A DNA stretch of 64,000 nucleotides from Veleropilina oligotropha (lineage: Eukaryota), in contig JBEUKZ010000016.1 of assembly GCA_048128005.1 (NCBI GenBank), positions 372,001 through 436,000 on the forward strand. The letters are read 5' to 3'. Shown here one piece after another: positions 59,294-64,000 of this stretch. The notes under the pieces were generated by a model. The model was not told the DNA's origin. It worked only from the letters and a program-made list of their open reading frames with translations, and did not search any database. The position numbers and the translations under genes are program-made. Position 1 is the stretch's first letter. The number at the start of each line of letters is the position of its first letter.

Positions 59294-62200
59294 TTAGTAA
59301 TATTGCTTGCAAAATGCACAGTCTTCGTGATGTTTTTTTATTTTAGCAATGACGTCAATACGTTGTCGTGCGGCACACCAATGAACTAAATTGCCAATCT
59401 TTAGTCCATGATGCTTCATTGTTGTCATTATTTCATCCGTTGGACATGGGTTTCCCCTCTGCATGCTGTGACGATATCTAAAATATAGCAAACAAAAACT
59501 AGAAATGTGTCCATCGGACACGAATGCAGCCTTGAACATAGGGGCAGCAAAGATCGTTTTGTGGGGTTATTTACAGACAATTACTGGCATGGGTGGGTTT
59601 CAGAAGGGAAGTATGTACGAATGATGATAAGCAAGTGTATGAAGTATCAAGTCAATCCATGAAGGCAGATGGAAGTCATAGCAGAATGGAGTTACTTGCA
59701 CACAAATACTGGTCTTCGGGACGGGACGGACGGACAAGGATAAATCTAAATGCCACCCCAATAAATTGATGAGGGCATAAAAATATTGGCGAACATGAAA
59801 ATTGTATAATAATAATATTATTGTAAGTAAGCTGAGGTTATGCAAGTTGACAACAACACAAGTATTTATATAAAATATGCTACATTGGATACATCTCATT
59901 ACAGAAACGTTTGTACAGTACTGATTTTGATTTGATTGGAATCAGTTTAGTTATACGACATTTTAAAGTACTGATGCCATAGTAAAACATCAGACAGGTG
60001 CAAATATCATACTAATGACGCATTAATTAGCCAGCTACCAGTCGCCACGGTAACACAAAATTCTCCATTGACCTTACTCGATGTGACGTATTTCGTCTTT
60101 TTTATAGGACAGCACATCCTTTGCCAATGTCCACCAGTTGTTGTTCTCGGGTGAATCAGGGTCCAGAAGCACACAACATTTTTCCCACAACTCTCCGCAA
60201 TTATCTTCAATGTATGTCATATCTTTTGTACACTTTTTATTAGCTAAAATGATAAAACACAATAAAACATATGATAGTTATATAATGACTTCATATAAAC
60301 AAGTGCAAAGCTATCACAGTTAGTGTACAAATATTATTCAGTGTTGCTTTAACAGCATATAAATTTCAGTGTCAGGCTAAAAGTACAAAATTTGTTGGCC
60401 AATTTTAAATTTATGGCTATATTCTCCTCTTGACCAAAGAACCTCAACAAATCAGTCGTAATTAATAAGCGAAAGCAAAACCGATAAACTTAAGGTGCAT
60501 TTTCTCCAAATATAATATGAACATGCATGGCCACGAAAACAAACACCAAATTCAAAATTGAAGCAAATTTTACATCATGATGGCTTATTTTTAGCCGAAT
60601 ATTGATGGCAGCATACTCGGCATTTGAATCAAGGGACACAACTCTGGTGGTTCAACTTGTCTCATCACATGTTTTCAATTCCAATGCACAGTCACTCACA
60701 ATAAGTTATGAGTTTGATGAAGAATGAATGAAAACTGCAGTCAACTGCGAATAACATTTGTTTTACAAAATCAAACAAGTCATAAATGTCTAGTTCAAAC
60801 AAAAGCTAGGCCTTTCGACCTATATAGCTCTGCTGGAATGGGTTCGTCAATATAGTCAAACTTTTGAAATTTGAGGAGCACTTTTACAAGTACATGAAGT
60901 AATAACATACCAATATGCAGGCTAGCTGTCTTGACAAAATCCAAAGTCCAAATTTCAGCAAAACTGGGATGTACATTTTTCTAATATTCACAGGATAAGT
61001 TAAACACATCATTAGGAAGGCTCATGCCAATTAAGAAAAAAAGTTATCAGACAGTTTCAGAGATATTCGCATTTGAAGGCAAAACTTGTTGCAGAAGTGG
61101 ATATTCAAGTCCAAAACATGCAAAAAGGTAAATTTCAGAAAAACTGACGTATAATTTTCTAATAATTTCAGGATATGTTCAGAACATCATAAGGCTCATG
61201 CCAAAGTAGAAAAAAAGTTATCAGACAGTTTTCATGATATTCACATTTCAAGTAAAATGTTGACACCGGACAAAGCGTTATCAGTAAAGCTCCACTGACG
61301 ACGTCACAGCGGAGCTAAACAGTATGCCCTTCAGGACTATTGTCTCGTAGTATAAAATTAATATTGGTTGTCATAAATTCATGGATTAAAGATAGCATTC
61401 ACTTACCAGTCTCTTGAGATTTCTTGAAGTCTTTCTCATCGCCACCTAGCACATAAGAAATGTCATATATTATTTCAGAATCTGTAATCCAAAGATCGTG
61501 GTATTCATGGCACATTGTGCGCATCATGACATTGTTCAACTGTCGTAACGTATACAATGTACCATGGCAACCATAATTCTGCTTTCATTATTTGCATTTA
61601 ATTAGTTTCATTATTGATTTTGTATAACCGGACCAAAGAGTACATTGCAACACCATCTTTTATTTCAAATCAATGCTACAATATTATAATATATGGCACA
61701 TAGATTTTGCACGAGTCAATTAAATGTCGTTCATTCATGAGTAAACAGTATTTAACACTGATTTGACAAGTTTTATGAGTGTTTGATTTGATGTCATCAG
61801 CCAATCAAAACAATATTAACACGGAAAGACAGGTGACAAAATATGCAAATTTGAAGAGCTACGAGTTGAAGGTAGTGTCGTATACTGTAAACCCCTATAT
61901 TTTAGCGTGACTTTTATTTTTGTGAGTGTCGCATATCTAATTTTATCGCGAAAATAAAAGGTCGCAAAATATTTTATGGAAACAAGAGGCCTTTCGACCT
62001 ATATAGCTCCGCAACTTTAGAAAATTAGGCAGCACTATCCCATGTAATAGCATATGATACCAATATGCAGGACAGTTGTCTTGACGAAATCCAAATTCCA
62101 AGATGTACATATTTCTAATATTGCAGGATACATATTTCTAATATTGCAGGATAAGTTAAGAACATCATAAACAATGGTCATGCCAAATTAGAAAAAGTTG

Positions 62201-63564
62201 TCAGACAGTTTCGGAGATAATCACATTAACTTGAGGTCAAAAGTTGACACAGAAGCAGATTTTCTAAGTCTAAAAAGGTAAATTTCCGAAAAACTGAGAC
62301 GTAGATTTTTCTAATTTTTTGCAGGATATGATTAGAACATCATAAAGAAAGCTAATGCCACATACGAAAAAAAGTTATCTGACAGTTTCGGAGATATTCA
62401 CATTTGAAGTCATAATTTTCCACACAAGCAGATTTTTTTTCATTTTTGCAGGATATGTTCAGGGAGGGAGGAATGATGCTTAATGTCCTGTATATTTACA
62501 ACATCGAGGTTCAAGGCAGGACATGTCCGTGTTATCGCAGGAGGAAACCCCGGTCGCCTGGGTAAACCCGCCCTCTTTGGCCAGTCACGGACAACTGTGA
62601 TTCATAACTTGAACAAATGTCAATGCCTCAGCCAGGTATTGAACCCACTACTGTTCGCATTAGCGGAATCAAGCCAGTGAATGTAGAGTGGACACTCTAC
62701 CCACTGCGCTGCCGAAGCAGCCCCCCAGGATATGTTCAGAACATCATAAGGAACACTCATGCCAAATAAGGAACTAGAACACTCAGTCACATTTCGTTAA
62801 GAAATGGCCTGTCTAGAGCGATCACGAGGAATCTCTCGGCGGTGGCCGTCTTGGATGTCGGACCACACCCTAAATCTATGTGTCGTGTCCTCACCCCAAC
62901 CAATGGCAATGCACATATCAAAATTGAAAGCATTCCGTTAAGAAATGACCTATCTAGAGCAATGACAGCAGATTTTCTAAGTCCAAAAAGGTGAATTTCG
63001 GAAAAACCGAGACGTAGAATTTCCTAATATTTTCAAGATATGTTCAGAACATCACAAGGAAGGCTAATGCGAAAGTAAAAAATGTTATCAGACAGCTTTC
63101 AAGATATTAACATTTCAAGTAAAAAGTTGACGCCGGATGGACGACAGACGGACAAAGCAGTATCAGTATAGCTACGTCACAGTGGAGCTAAAAAGCTCAA
63201 TTAGCTTAGGGACTTAATATCGCTAATTTACAAGGCCGCTAATACACAGGTTGAGAAATCGCTAAATTTTATGGCTGCGAAAATATAGGGGCTTATAATA
63301 CCTCTTCTGTTCTTTACAGCCATTTTGTCCATAATCGCAGTACATGATTAATGAAATACATGTACAAGTTCAATTAAAAAACAATATTTGTAGAATTATA
63401 ATACTTAGTGTTAAATATTGGTCTACTACAAAATGACTGTAGTGCTTAATTTGTCACTAATATGCCAAAACAATATTATTTATAAGTACTTTACTCACCA
63501 TGAGCTTGTGGGTCTTGAGATGTAAGCTCCTTGCTATCACTATCAGCAGTTTTGACATCGCCAT
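59294..63564 (-). CDS. 3' part of a death-domain protein gene (TNFR/EDAR-EDARADD-like); 5' end lies beyond the window
   Basis: Exons 63564-63499, 61445-61407, 60243-60078, 59477-59294 (GT-AG, phases 1,1,1,2). They give ...LWEKCCVLLDPDSPENNNWWTLAKDVLSYKKDEIRHIEYRHSMQRGNPCPTDEIMTTMKHHGLKIGNLVHWCAARQRIDVIAKIKKHHEDCAFCKQYY*, with the LD..W..LA..PT..GxL...R.DV death-domain pattern. Confidence 0.8.
59497..59782 (-). mobile_element. Short HINE in the last intron of the death-domain gene
   Basis: aactagaaatgtgtccatcggacac hairpin end, (GGAC)n tract, gcataaaaa start. Confidence 0.65.
61981..63194 (-). mobile_element. HINE with a nested SINE; shorter relative at ~60805-61319
   Basis: aacaagaggcctttcgacctatatagctcc end, tandem units, ggagctaaaaa start. 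Confidence 0.65.
62463..62725 (-). mobile_element. tRNA-derived SINE with a 14-bp TSD
   Basis: Near-identical to 6405-6663; caggatatgttcag at 62449-62462 and 62726-62739. Confidence 0.9.
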
Positions 63565-63647
63565 CTAAAATTTATAAAGTGTATCATCATTTTGTTTAAT
63601 CAACATTAAATGGTCACGGTCACCAATCGAAACATTGATTGCCACAA

Positions 63648-63837
63648 AGGTGCTTATTACCGTGATCTGATGATAATGGTGCTTATTAATTACCGTGACC
63701 TGATGATAATGATGCTTATTAATTACCGTGACCTGATGATAATGGTGCTTATTAATTACCATGACCTGATGATAATGGTGCTTATTACCGTGATCTGATG
63801 ATAATGGTGCTTATTTATTACCGTGATCTGATGATAA
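63648..63837. repeat. 33-bp tandem repeat, ~5.5 copies
   Basis: Unit taccgtgacctgatgataatggtgcttattaat. Confidence 0.9.
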
Positions 63838-64000
63838 CTTGTGTGTTCTACATGATTAAGCCATTATGATCCATCCAAAGTTTCATTAGTACTAGTAACT
63901 TTAATGAGGAAAATCAATTTTAAAACATGACCATGTCGAATTATAATGCAAAATTTAACTGCTGGATAATTATAATGGTACATTGGATATAGGGATCCAG

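Overview
AT-rich, repeat-dense animal genomic DNA (probably a marine lophotrochozoan; inferred from the repeat families). It contains a complete 24-coding-exon SUPT20H/Spt20 gene on + (3537-50525, 951 aa by hand assembly). An OTUD4/ALG13-type OTU deubiquitinase gene lies head-to-head on - at the left edge, and the last four exons of a death-domain gene converge on - at the right. Two related but diverged full-length DIRS1-type tyrosine-recombinase retrotransposons sit in SUPT20H introns: DIRS-A (23224-30732, apparently intact) and DIRS-B (37439-44798, gag decayed). Comparing them gives the main result. Both keep a CCC-TAG-G site at the end of gag, where pol (no upstream ATG) continues in the +1 frame and the recombinase ORF continues in the same frame beyond the single stop, followed by a conserved hairpin: a candidate three-way recoding switch (stop / +1 frameshift / readthrough). 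Both copies also carry covarying RNA structures in their 5' leader and 3' non-coding regions. The introns hold nested Helentron-associated elements (HINEs), Helitrons, MITEs, tRNA-derived SINEs (several abutting 3' splice sites) and minisatellites. All calls were made by eye, with no searches run.
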